A stretch of DNA of 62,701 nt from Tissierellia bacterium (GCA_012799095.1 JAAZLX010000151.1:1-62701); one strand, 5' to 3'. Counted from the stretch's first letter, positions 46,621 through 55,717 are shown. Notes: generated by a model from the letters alone, not told the origin. Numbers and translations are program-made.

Positions 46621-47960
46621 GTCAGGTAAAGTTCACTGAAACGATACTGCGGGATGCTCACCAGTCGTTGATAGCGACCAGGATGAGCACAGCCCAGATG
46701 CAGCCGGCGCTGGAAATGCTCGATCAGGTGGGATATTATGCCCTGGAAATGTGGGGCGGAGCGACATTTGATTCGAGTCTGCGCTTTCTAAAGGAAGATC
46801 CCTGGGAGCGGTTGCGCATTATCCGAAAACACGTCAAGAACACCAAGCTGCAAATGTTGCTGCGCGGTCAAAATATATTAGGTTATAAGCATTATCCCGA
46901 CGATGTGCTGGATGAATTCATTTTTCGTAGCGTCGATAACGGGATCGATATCATTCGCACCTTTGACGCCCTGAATGATTTTCGAAACATTGAGCGCTCG
47001 ATCCAAAAAACAAAAGAAGCCGGAGCCCATGCCCAAGGTGCACTGTGTTATACTACCTCGCCGGTACACACGACTGAAAAGTTTGTCCAGATGGCCAAAG
47101 AGCTGGAGCAGATGGGTTCGGATTCGATCTGTATCAAGGATATGAGCGGACTGTTGCTACCATATGACGGGGCCGAGCTGGTCCGGGCGATCAAAGCGGA
47201 AGTCGATCTACCGGTCGAACTCCATTCTCATATGAGCAATGGTCTGGCTGACATGATGTATCTCAAAGGGATCGAAGAAGGTGCCCAGATCGTCGATACG
47301 GCGTTGATGGCCTTTGCCAACGGGACATCCCAGCCGCCGACCGAGGCATTGGCGATGGCACTCAAAGGCACTGAATACGATCCTCAGTTGGATATGGATG
47401 TACTGATGCAATTGGCGGACTACTTTAATCCGATTCGTGATCAGTTTCTGGCGGATGGCACACTCAACCCCAAGGTTTATACCATGGACATCAAAGCACT
47501 CTATTATCAGGTGCCCGGAGGGATGTACTCCAACCTGGTGTCGCAAATGACATTGACCAATCAGCTCGACCTGTTGCCTAAAGTTCTGGCAGAGATCCCG
47601 AAAGTCCGAGAGGAGCTGGGATATCCGCCGCTGGTGACTCCGACGTCGCAACTGGTCGGTGCCCAGGCTGTGACCAATGTGGTCAGTGGTGGCCGATACA
47701 CCATGGTTCCGAAAGAGATCCGGGAATATGTCCGTGGGATGTACGGTCGACCGCCGGCAGCGATTTCTGAGGATATCAAACAGTTGATCCTGAGTGGAAA
47801 GGAGCCGATCACCGAGCGACCGGCAGAGCACCTTGAGCCGCAACTCGAAAAGCTGAAAGCTGAGCTGGGTGATCTGGTCAAACAACCGGAGGATGTCCTT
47901 AGTTATGCTTTGTTTCCCAATGTAGCCCGCGAGTACTTCAAGCATCGAGACGCTCAATGA
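46617..47960 (+). CDS. Carboxyltransferase of the oxaloacetate decarboxylase alpha / pyruvate carboxylase B / 5S transcarboxylase type, lacking a biotinyl domain
   Basis: N-terminal FTETILRDAHQSLIATRM (HMGL-like TIM barrel). At 447 aa it ends before any biotin-carrier (AMKM) domain. ATGA overlaps at both ends. Confidence 0.75.
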   Translation: MSQVKFTETILRDAHQSLIATRMSTAQMQPALEMLDQVGYYALEMWGGATFDSSLRFLKEDPWERLRIIRKHVKNTKLQMLLRGQNILGYKHYPDDVLDEFIFRSVDNGIDIIRTFDALNDFRNIERSIQKTKEAGAHAQGALCYTTSPVHTTEKFVQMAKELEQMGSDSICIKDMSGLLLPYDGAELVRAIKAEVDLPVELHSHMSNGLADMMYLKGIEEGAQIVDTALMAFANGTSQPPTEALAMALKGTEYDPQLDMDVLMQLADYFNPIRDQFLADGTLNPKVYTMDIKALYYQVPGGMYSNLVSQMTLTNQLDLLPKVLAEIPKVREELGYPPLVTPTSQLVGAQAVTNVVSGGRYTMVPKEIREYVRGMYGRPPAAISEDIKQLILSGKEPITERPAEHLEPQLEKLKAELGDLVKQPEDVLSYALFPNVAREYFKHRDAQ

Positions 47961-48316
47961 ACCTGGGAGTCGATTTGTGCCACATTCCGCGGGTGGAACA
48001 ATTGATCAGGCGTCGTCCCGGATTTACCAGGCGATTCTTTACTGAAAACGAGCAGGTCCTGTTTGACAAACCAAACCCGGCTCAGACCGTGGCAGCTCAT
48101 TTTGCCCTCAAGGAAGCCTTCGCCAAGGCGCTGGGCACCGGGGTGGTTGGGTTTGATTTGAATGAAGTAGAGGTGCTGCGCAATTCAGCCGGAGCACCCT
48201 TGATACTTGTTCATGGCCGGGCAAAAGCCCGGCTGGATGAGCAAGGTTATTGTGAAATAGTATGCTCGATGTCACACGACAAAGACTATGCGATAGGGAT
48301 GGTGATCCTAAAATGA
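47957..48316 (+). CDS. acpS: Holo-[acyl-carrier-protein] synthase
   Basis: 119 aa, with GVDLCHI, FTENE and AAHFALKEAFAKALGTG. Confidence 0.85.
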   Translation: MNLGVDLCHIPRVEQLIRRRPGFTRRFFTENEQVLFDKPNPAQTVAAHFALKEAFAKALGTGVVGFDLNEVEVLRNSAGAPLILVHGRAKARLDEQGYCEIVCSMSHDKDYAIGMVILK

Positions 48317-49401
48317 GAGCAACACGTGCCGTGATCGATTTAAACAAACTGGCTCACAATGCCAAGTTGCTGAGTCAAAAAGCCCAGGGCCGAGAGGTGA
48401 TGTGTATCATCAAAGCCGATGCCTACGGTCATGGAGCTGTACCAGTATTACATAGCCTGGTAGAACAGGGGTTTTATTATTTTGGAGTGGCGACTCTGGA
48501 AGAAGCACTTGAACTGCGCCGGGCCAATCGAGAAATTTCGATACTTATTTTAGGCGGAATATCGCCTGAGGACATCCCGTTGGCGTACGAGAATCAGATC
48601 CATGTCGCGATCCACAACCTGGCCAGTCTCGAGGTCATGGAAAACCATGGGTTGAGAGGTCTATGCCACATCAAGATCGATACCGGGATGCACCGGGTCG
48701 GCTTTCTGCCAAATGACCTGCCGGCTTTGGCAAAGCGGATCGTCGCAATCAAACCGGTCGGCGTGTTTACCCATTTGGCGCGGGCCGATGAGGCAGATAA
48801 AACGTCGGCCTTAAAACAGGTGGAAGCATTTCGTCAGGCGGTCGTCATTCTGGAATCGGCCGGAGCTGAGTTTGAGCATGTTCATTTTGCCAACTCGGCT
48901 GCCATCCTGGGCTTGGATCTGAGCTTTTCGACCTTGGTCAGAGCCGGCATTGCCTTATACGGCCTGAACCCCTCTCCTGAAGTGACCGATCGAGGCTTGC
49001 AACCTGTCATGCAGTTAGTCAGTGCAATCAGTGATATCCGGGAAATAGAAGAGTTGGAAGGCGTCAGCTATTCTCATCGCTTTGTTGCCGAAAAGCAGAC
49101 CAGGGTAGCCACAATCCCTGTGGGCTATGCTGATGGTTACAAACGCAACATGAGTACTAAAGTCATGGTATGGATCAATGGTGAGCTGCGACCTCAAATC
49201 GGGCGCATCACGATGGACCAGACCATGATCGATGTCACCGGCCTGGCAGTCGGAGTCGGAGATGAAGTCGAGCTGATGGGTCGACATGTCACGGCTGATG
49301 ATTTGGCGGTGGCAGCTGATACGATTAATTATGAGATCGTTACCAACATAGGAAAACGCGTCCGGAGAGAGTATCTGGAAAGGAGTCACGATGCCATTTA
49401 G
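48313..49401 (+). CDS. alr: Alanine racemase
   Basis: PLP-lysine motif KADAYGHG, 362 aa. The ATG at 48313 overlaps the acpS stop (ATGA). Confidence 0.9.
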   Translation: MRATRAVIDLNKLAHNAKLLSQKAQGREVMCIIKADAYGHGAVPVLHSLVEQGFYYFGVATLEEALELRRANREISILILGGISPEDIPLAYENQIHVAIHNLASLEVMENHGLRGLCHIKIDTGMHRVGFLPNDLPALAKRIVAIKPVGVFTHLARADEADKTSALKQVEAFRQAVVILESAGAEFEHVHFANSAAILGLDLSFSTLVRAGIALYGLNPSPEVTDRGLQPVMQLVSAISDIREIEELEGVSYSHRFVAEKQTRVATIPVGYADGYKRNMSTKVMVWINGELRPQIGRITMDQTMIDVTGLAVGVGDEVELMGRHVTADDLAVAADTINYEIVTNIGKRVRREYLERSHDAI

Positions 49402-49756
49402 AGTCAAACGGGGAGATATATACTTAGCGGACCTGGATCCGGGCCGCGGTTCAGAACAGCGCGGGACGCGTCCCGTGTTGGTACTTCAAAACAATACCGG
49501 AAATAAATTTTCGCCGACGATCATTATTGCACCGATCACCGGCTCGCGCTCTAAGTCACGACTGCCCACACATGTCATGATCGATCAGGAGATTTCAGGA
49601 TTGGAGAAAGATTCTCTGGTATTACTGGAGCAACTTCGGGCCATTGATAAAGAGCGCCTGATCACAAAACTCGGTGAGCTGAACCGAGTCCAGATCATGG
49701 ATGTCGAAGTAGCCACACTGATCAGCCTGGGGCTGGATAAGCGAGAAGAAATATAA
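49391..49756 (+). CDS. mazF: MazF/PemK (EndoA-type) endoribonuclease toxin
   Basis: Close resemblance to Bacillus EndoA (KRGDIY.ADL.P..GSEQ.G.RPVLV.QN..GN.FSPT.I.A.IT......LPTHV). AGGAG Shine-Dalgarno. Overlaps the alr 3' end by 11 nt. Confidence 0.85.
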   Translation: MPFRVKRGDIYLADLDPGRGSEQRGTRPVLVLQNNTGNKFSPTIIIAPITGSRSKSRLPTHVMIDQEISGLEKDSLVLLEQLRAIDKERLITKLGELNRVQIMDVEVATLISLGLDKREEI

Positions 49757-49969
49757 TACGACGGTGCCGCCGGGATAGACTGCGATAATTTGACAAGGGT
49801 GGTATAATAGTCTGTAGATTAAAAGCCGGGTAATATTCAACCTGGCTTTAACAAATGTTTCAAAATCAGGGAATCATCGACTATTTTAGCAATCAAGTAT
49901 TTTCAAGTCTTTGCCAAACTTCGGTTGTTCATTCAACCGTTCATGACTTGACTTCAACGAATAAAAACG

Positions 49970-49998
49970 TTGAGTAGTGCTAATTTAATAGTTATAAT
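49970..49998 (+). promoter_or_regulatory. Sigma-A type promoter upstream of ftsE
   Basis: TTGAGT (49970-49975), 17 nt spacer, TATAAT (49993-49998). Confidence 0.55.
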
Positions 49999-50028
49999 TT
50001 GGTCACGTTTCCCCTGTAGGAGAGCTTA

Positions 50029-50706
50029 ATGGTTGTATTTAAAAACATCACCATGAAGTACCCGACCGGCAATGTCGCTTTGAAAGACGTCAGCATAAAT
50101 ATACAAAAAGGCGAGTTCGTCTTTCTGGTAGGACCAAGCGGTGCCGGCAAGAGTACCTTCATCCGACTGTTAACCAAAGAAATTAACCCGACTTCGGGCA
50201 TTATAACGATTAATGGTAGGAATGTTACGAAACTTCATAAGAGAAGAATTCCGAAGTATCGACGCCAGATCGGCATCGTGTTTCAGGACTATAAACTGCT
50301 TAACAAATTGAATGCATACGATAATGTGGCGTTTGCTCTGGACGTCTTAGGCAAGAGCGGCCGCTATATCCGCCGTCATGTACCGCTATTGCTCAACCTG
50401 GTCGGGTTAAACGGCAAGGGCAAGCAAATGCCGATGCAACTATCCGGCGGCGAACAGCAACGGGTGTCGATCGCCCGGGCATTGGCGGGAAATCCTGATA
50501 TTTTGATTTGTGATGAGCCGACCGGTAACCTCGATCCCGAGACGAGCTGGGGTTTGATGGATCTTCTGGAAAAACTCAACACCTATGGTACCACCATCAT
50601 CATGGCAACGCATTCGCGTGACATCGTTGACGTAATGAAAAAACGCGTCATCGAACTCGAAGACGGCGTTGTGGTTCGCGATGAGAAGCATGGAGGTTAC
50701 CGATGA
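50029..50706 (+). CDS. ftsE: Cell division ABC ATPase FtsE
   Basis: GPSGAGKST and LSGGEQQR, followed by ftsX. Confidence 0.9.
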   Translation: MVVFKNITMKYPTGNVALKDVSINIQKGEFVFLVGPSGAGKSTFIRLLTKEINPTSGIITINGRNVTKLHKRRIPKYRRQIGIVFQDYKLLNKLNAYDNVAFALDVLGKSGRYIRRHVPLLLNLVGLNGKGKQMPMQLSGGEQQRVSIARALAGNPDILICDEPTGNLDPETSWGLMDLLEKLNTYGTTIIMATHSRDIVDVMKKRVIELEDGVVVRDEKHGGYR

Positions 50707-51584
50707 GAAGGTCGCGTTTTCTGACCGCTCTGCGAAATATCTTTCGCAACGCGCTGATGAGCTTCGCCTCGATCGTGTCGGTCGCTTTTACCTTAGTCAT
50801 GCTGGGAATGGTATTGCTGTTATTGATCAATGCGGAGTATGCCACCGACAAGGTCGGCGAGCGATTTGATACCATGCGTTATTTGATTCCTGAATCAGCC
50901 GAAGCGGATGATATCGAAGCCTTACAAGCTGAACTGATCGAGATCGATAATGTCACCAATGTGGTTCTGGTTACCAAAGAAGAGGCATGGCAAGAAACAA
51001 TGGAAGATTTTGGGGAGGACGCAGCTGCGTTTGAGGGGATGGAAAATCCGCTGCCCCACGTTTTTCAGATTCAAATCGCTGATATTGAACAAGCTGATGT
51101 TACGTTACAAGCCATAGAAAATATTGACCCTGATGACAACGTGCGTTATGATAGAGATGTAGCCGATATTATCACAAACTTTGCGCGTGTCATCCGAATC
51201 GCGGGAAGTGTTCTGGTCGGTGCTTTGTTGTTCCTGACAATCCTAAGTATCGTCAACACGATCCGGGTAGGTATTTCCTCCCGCCAGTCGGAAATTACTA
51301 TTATGCGTTATATCGGCGCGACCCGACAGTACATTCGTGGTCCATTCCTGATTGAGGGTGCGATTCTCGGGCTCACCGGAGCCGCACTGAGTGCCGTCAC
51401 AATCTATTATAGTTATCATGAGGTCCAATTGCTGGTGCAGACGTATCTGTCCCGCATGTCGAACGAAATCATGATCACGGATCAAAGACTGCTGTGGCAG
51501 ATCATGATCCTAAATCTTATCATAGGTGTTGGTGTCGGTTTTCTCGGTAGCCTATACTCGATGAGAAAGCATCTGAAAGTATAA
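50703..51584 (+). CDS. ftsX: Cell division permease-like protein FtsX
   Basis: N-terminal RNIFRN motif, a large extracellular loop and three C-terminal TM helices. ATGA overlap with ftsE. Confidence 0.85.
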   Translation: MRRSRFLTALRNIFRNALMSFASIVSVAFTLVMLGMVLLLLINAEYATDKVGERFDTMRYLIPESAEADDIEALQAELIEIDNVTNVVLVTKEEAWQETMEDFGEDAAAFEGMENPLPHVFQIQIADIEQADVTLQAIENIDPDDNVRYDRDVADIITNFARVIRIAGSVLVGALLFLTILSIVNTIRVGISSRQSEITIMRYIGATRQYIRGPFLIEGAILGLTGAALSAVTIYYSYHEVQLLVQTYLSRMSNEIMITDQRLLWQIMILNLIIGVGVGFLGSLYSMRKHLKV

Positions 51585-51594
51585 AGGAGCTAAT

Positions 51595-52920
51595 GTGAAA
51601 AGACTAATAAGCTTGTTTCTGATTGCAGCCTTAGGCCTGGGCTTAGCCTTACCGGCTTTTGCTACAATTGAAGAACAAGAACAACGACTCGAGGAGCTCG
51701 AGGAGCAACAGTCGCAGAAACAAGAAGAGATCAATCTGACGGCAGATGAAGTTTATTTGACGCAAGCCTCGATTGAAGAAGTCCTAGGGACCAAACAGCG
51801 ACTGGAAGAGCAAATCGAACAGACGAATCTTGACATATCGAATAAGAAGGATGATATCGAAAAGGTTCAAAAAGAGCTCAAGAAGGCTCGAGACGAAGTA
51901 GTTGCTCAACAGGATGAATTCGGTGGCCGTTTGAGGATCATGTATCTCAACAAAGACAGTGAGAATTTCCTGTCGCTACTCTTAAAGAGTCGCAGTATTG
52001 AAGATTTCCTGACAAAAATAGACTTCATGAAATCGATTGCCAACGAAGACCAACGCGTATTAGATGAATTAAAAGAAAAACAGGTCGGCATTGAAAAACT
52101 TGAAAAAGAAGAGCAAGCCAACCTGGTGGAACTAGAAGATTTACAAGCAACCTTAGAAGCTGACAAAGCTTACTTAGTGGTAGTTGAAGAAACGCTAAGA
52201 GTGCGTGAAGCTGAACTGCTTGCACGAAAAGCACAGTTGGAAGAAGAAGCAGCCGTATTGGCTGAAAGTTCACAACAAATTCGAAATTCGATCGAAAGCA
52301 TGAAAGCCGAAGCGATCCGGATTGCGCTCGAGCAGGCTGAAGCAGCCAGATTAGCAGCATTAGCAGCCGAACAGGCCATGCAGCCCAAGGTAGATGAAGC
52401 CGGGGCTCCTGTATTGGATGAGTCGGGCAATCAAGTGTATGAGCCGGTTCCGAGTGACGGTCGCACCAGTACTGGAGCAGGCGGCGTCAGCCGGGACGGT
52501 TTCTCGCTGGCTGACATACCGGCAACGGGATTCATCTGGCCGACACCCGGTGTCTATACCATTACCTCATCGTTTGGTTATCGGAGTGATCCGTTCTTCG
52601 GTCACAGCGTATTCCATGAAGGGATAGATATCGGTGGTCCAATGGGTTCGCCTATTGTTGCTTCCGGAAGTGGCGTCGTTATCTATGCCGGCTGGTTTAA
52701 TAACGGTTATGGAAATGCTGTAATCATCGCTCATCCCAACGGCTATGAGACGGTTTATGCTCACGGTTCGGCGGTCAACACCTCAGTTGGATCGATCGTC
52801 AATCAGGGCGATGTCGTGATGTTCATGGGTTCGACCGGTTACAGTACCGGCTCTCACCTCCACTTTGAGGTCATTTCCGGTGGTGTTTTGGTTGATCCAC
52901 TCTCGATCGTTGCCCCATAA
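51595..52920 (+). CDS. Secreted coiled-coil M23 (LytM) peptidoglycan metallopeptidase, EnvC/PcsB-like partner of FtsEX
   Basis: GTG start behind AAAGGAG and a signal peptide. About 250 aa of coiled coil, then HEGIDI ... HLHFEV zinc ligands. Confidence 0.8.
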   Translation: MKRLISLFLIAALGLGLALPAFATIEEQEQRLEELEEQQSQKQEEINLTADEVYLTQASIEEVLGTKQRLEEQIEQTNLDISNKKDDIEKVQKELKKARDEVVAQQDEFGGRLRIMYLNKDSENFLSLLLKSRSIEDFLTKIDFMKSIANEDQRVLDELKEKQVGIEKLEKEEQANLVELEDLQATLEADKAYLVVVEETLRVREAELLARKAQLEEEAAVLAESSQQIRNSIESMKAEAIRIALEQAEAARLAALAAEQAMQPKVDEAGAPVLDESGNQVYEPVPSDGRTSTGAGGVSRDGFSLADIPATGFIWPTPGVYTITSSFGYRSDPFFGHSVFHEGIDIGGPMGSPIVASGSGVVIYAGWFNNGYGNAVIIAHPNGYETVYAHGSAVNTSVGSIVNQGDVVMFMGSTGYSTGSHLHFEVISGGVLVDPLSIVAP

Positions 52921-52941
52921 CAGCTTGACATCATAAATACG

Positions 52942-52970
52942 AGAAGGAACTCCGGTTCCTTCTTTTTGTT
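52942..52970 (+). terminator. Rho-independent terminator
   Basis: AGAAGGAAC-TCCG-GTTCCTTCT followed by TTTTGTT. Confidence 0.8.
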
Positions 52971-53126
52971 AGCATGACTCTCACAGGTTGCATATTTACT
53001 TAAGGTATAATTGCCGTATCGTATTAGCAACAGACGAACATATAAAATAGCTGGTTAATATGAAGATTATTTTTCCAACAGCCAAATCCTGTGTATAATA
53101 GAAACAGATTGTTAGAAGGAGCGAGA

Positions 53127-54335
53127 ATGAATCTGAAACGATATCGAATTGTTTTAATATTAGTCGTCTTGATGATCATCTTGACGTCATGCCGGACCAT
53201 CACCTCGGGTGATAGTGTGGTGATAACAAAACAGGAATATGAAGAGTTGACGGCTCTGGAAGACCGTTTCTCGAAGTTGCTCGAGTTGGAGCAACAGATC
53301 AAAAGCAATTTTTATGAAGATACCACCGAGGTGGATTTTGATACAGCGATTTTAAAAGGTCTGTTTTCAGCCTTGAATGATCCCTATTCGACTTATTTTA
53401 CTCCGGATGAATATACCGAGTTTAATCAGGAATTGTCCGGTGAGTATGTCGGCATCGGCACCTATATCAATCAGCGCGAAGACGGATTGATCGAAGTGGT
53501 CGCGCCGATCAAAGGTTCACCGGCCGACGAGGCCGGGATCCAACCGGGCGACCTGATCTGGAAAGTCGATGATACTGAAATACACACCCTGGAGCTAAAC
53601 CAGGCAGCTGATATGATGCGGGGGGTTGAAGGCACACCGGTCAAGGTGTTCATTCGCCGCGGCAACGAGAATCTTGAGTTCGATTTGGTCCGGGCCAGAA
53701 TTACAGTGCCCAGCATTGAATCAGAAGTTCGCTCAGGCGATGTCGGTTATATTAAGATCAACAGCTTTGAACTGAACACGGCGGGTGATTTTAACTCTGC
53801 CCTCAGTCAACTGGAATCACAAAACGTTTCTTCGCTGATTGTTGATCTGCGTAATAATGGTGGGGGATATCTCTCGAGTGTGATTGAAATTGCCGACCGG
53901 ATCCTGGGCAAAACGGTGATCGTGACAACTGTCGCACCCAACGGAACACCGACCGATTATTCTTCGGATGAGATGACCCGGATCAACATGCCGCTTGTGG
54001 TATTGGTCAACCGCGGTTCAGCCTCGGCCTCTGAGATCCTGGCCGGAGCAGTACAGGACACTGACAGCGGTACCATCATCGGTGAGACCACCTTTGGCAA
54101 GGGGATCGTCCAGTCGACCTTTGATCTAAAGGACGGTTCGGGTTTTCGACTGACGACGTCCTACTACCTGACACCAAATGGTCAAAACATTCATAAGGTG
54201 GGCATAAGCCCTGATATCACCCTGGAGGAATTGGCCGAAGCCGGTTATGAACTGGAAGACAATTACCGGATAGGGGAAGAAGGTGATCGCGTGCTTGATT
54301 ATGCTATCGATTATCTGAAAGAAGAGCTGAAATAG
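53127..54335 (+). CDS. S41 C-terminal processing peptidase (Ctp), lipoprotein
   Basis: Lipobox LTSC, a PDZ region, catalytic GSASASE and TFGKG. I chose the ATG at 53127 behind GAAGGAG. Confidence 0.85.
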   Translation: MNLKRYRIVLILVVLMIILTSCRTITSGDSVVITKQEYEELTALEDRFSKLLELEQQIKSNFYEDTTEVDFDTAILKGLFSALNDPYSTYFTPDEYTEFNQELSGEYVGIGTYINQREDGLIEVVAPIKGSPADEAGIQPGDLIWKVDDTEIHTLELNQAADMMRGVEGTPVKVFIRRGNENLEFDLVRARITVPSIESEVRSGDVGYIKINSFELNTAGDFNSALSQLESQNVSSLIVDLRNNGGGYLSSVIEIADRILGKTVIVTTVAPNGTPTDYSSDEMTRINMPLVVLVNRGSASASEILAGAVQDTDSGTIIGETTFGKGIVQSTFDLKDGSGFRLTTSYYLTPNGQNIHKVGISPDITLEELAEAGYELEDNYRIGEEGDRVLDYAIDYLKEELK

Positions 54336-54355
54336 GCTGGAAACCATTCGATTCA

Positions 54356-54379
54356 AAACCCACCGCAAGGTGGGTTTTC
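54356..54379 (+). terminator. Rho-independent terminator
   Basis: AAACCCACC-GCAA-GGTGGGTTT followed by T. Confidence 0.7.
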
Positions 54380-54445
54380 ACATGACAGGACCATGCTTGA
54401 TCGGACGGTGTGGTATAATTAGCCTATGCTTTTTAAGAGGATACG

Positions 54446-55663
54446 ATGAAAAAACAATATATTATTTTGCTATTTCTTCTAACTATGAGCCTGGCACTGA
54501 TCATTCAATTGATGGAGAGCCCGGTGATGTCAGGGGGAGAACAAATCAGCCTGTCGAAGGCTGAATACTACCAGATGGCAGAAACTCAACAGCGCTTCCA
54601 AAAACTTCTCGACCTGGAACATGAAATCCACCAGAAATATTATTTGGATACTGGTGAGATCGATTTTGATACCGCGCTCTATCGCGGTTTGTTTGGTGCT
54701 CTGGACAAGTATTCCAGTTATTTTACGCCCGAGGAATATGAAGACTATACCGCCGGTCTGTCGGGCGAAATTGTCGGGATCGGAACAACGATCGAGGCCT
54801 ATGATGACGTAGTCCGGGTGGTTCAACCAATCGCTGATGGTCCGGCCGAGCGGGCCGGTATCCTGGCGGAAGATATCATTTGGAAAGTCGACCAGACGGA
54901 ACTGGCCGGATTGACGCTGGATGAGAGCGTTGATTTGATGCGGGGAGAAGCCGGCACAGCGGTAACGATCTTTGTCCGCCGCGGGTCGGAAGACTTGGAG
55001 TTTCGGCTGATTCGCGCCAGGATCACCACTTCCAGTGTCAACTGGGAAGTTCGGGATGGACAGATCGGGTATATTCGGATCAGTCATTTTGAACAACCGA
55101 CGGCGAATCAATTTCGTCAGGCGATGAGACAATTGGAGCAAGAAGACATTCGGGGACTGGTGATCGACCTACGGTCAAATCCCGGAGGCTATCTCCATTC
55201 TGTCGTGGAAGTGGCCCAACAGATCCTGGATGAGACGACGATCGTGACAGAGGTATCCCGGGATGGCCGGGAAAAGGTCTATGCCAGTCAATCGGGCAAC
55301 AAACTCGAGATACCCTATGTGGTATTGGTCAATCGATCATCGGCTTCGGCTTCTGAGATAATGGCCGGGGCGATCCAGGATACCGAAAGCGCAAAAATCA
55401 TCGGGGAAACAACGACCGGTAAGGGGGTTGTTCAGACCTCATATCGACTGGCGGATGGATCCGGTTTTCGGGTGACAACGGCCCGGTATCTGACTCCCGC
55501 CGGACGAGATATCCACGGCGTCGGGATTGAACCCGACATCACGATAGAAGCCATTGAGCAGGCGGGTTATCCGCTGCCTGAGAGCTTGAGATTGGGTGCC
55601 GAAGATGACGCCGTCTTAAACTATGCGGTAGATTTTCTTAAGGCACTGGTGGCGATGCAATGA
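54446..55663 (+). CDS. S41 C-terminal processing peptidase (Ctp), tandem paralog
   Basis: Same architecture as the upstream gene (SSASASE, TTGKG), with roughly half of positions identical by eye. Confidence 0.85.
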   Translation: MKKQYIILLFLLTMSLALIIQLMESPVMSGGEQISLSKAEYYQMAETQQRFQKLLDLEHEIHQKYYLDTGEIDFDTALYRGLFGALDKYSSYFTPEEYEDYTAGLSGEIVGIGTTIEAYDDVVRVVQPIADGPAERAGILAEDIIWKVDQTELAGLTLDESVDLMRGEAGTAVTIFVRRGSEDLEFRLIRARITTSSVNWEVRDGQIGYIRISHFEQPTANQFRQAMRQLEQEDIRGLVIDLRSNPGGYLHSVVEVAQQILDETTIVTEVSRDGREKVYASQSGNKLEIPYVVLVNRSSASASEIMAGAIQDTESAKIIGETTTGKGVVQTSYRLADGSGFRVTTARYLTPAGRDIHGVGIEPDITIEAIEQAGYPLPESLRLGAEDDAVLNYAVDFLKALVAMQ

Positions 55664-55672
55664 TACTGATTG

Positions 55673-55708
55673 AAAGGACTTCCGGGAAGTCCTTTTCCTC
55701 TTTTTTTG
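55673..55708 (+). terminator. Rho-independent terminator
   Basis: AAAGGACTT-CCGGG-AAGTCCTTT followed by a T-rich run. Confidence 0.8.
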
Positions 55709-55717
55709 TCGCTGATA

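Noticed and set aside
47208-47957. 249-aa minus-strand ORF
   Set aside because: It is antisense to the carboxyltransferase gene, whose sense-strand homology is unambiguous. The translation is Arg/Leu/His-rich and atypical of real proteins.
49790-49808. TTGACA and TATAAT hexamers that look like a perfect promoter
   Set aside because: They are only 7 nt apart, which is far from the 16-18 nt needed, so they cannot work as a -35/-10 pair. Only the extended -10 reading (TGGTATAAT) was kept, at low confidence.
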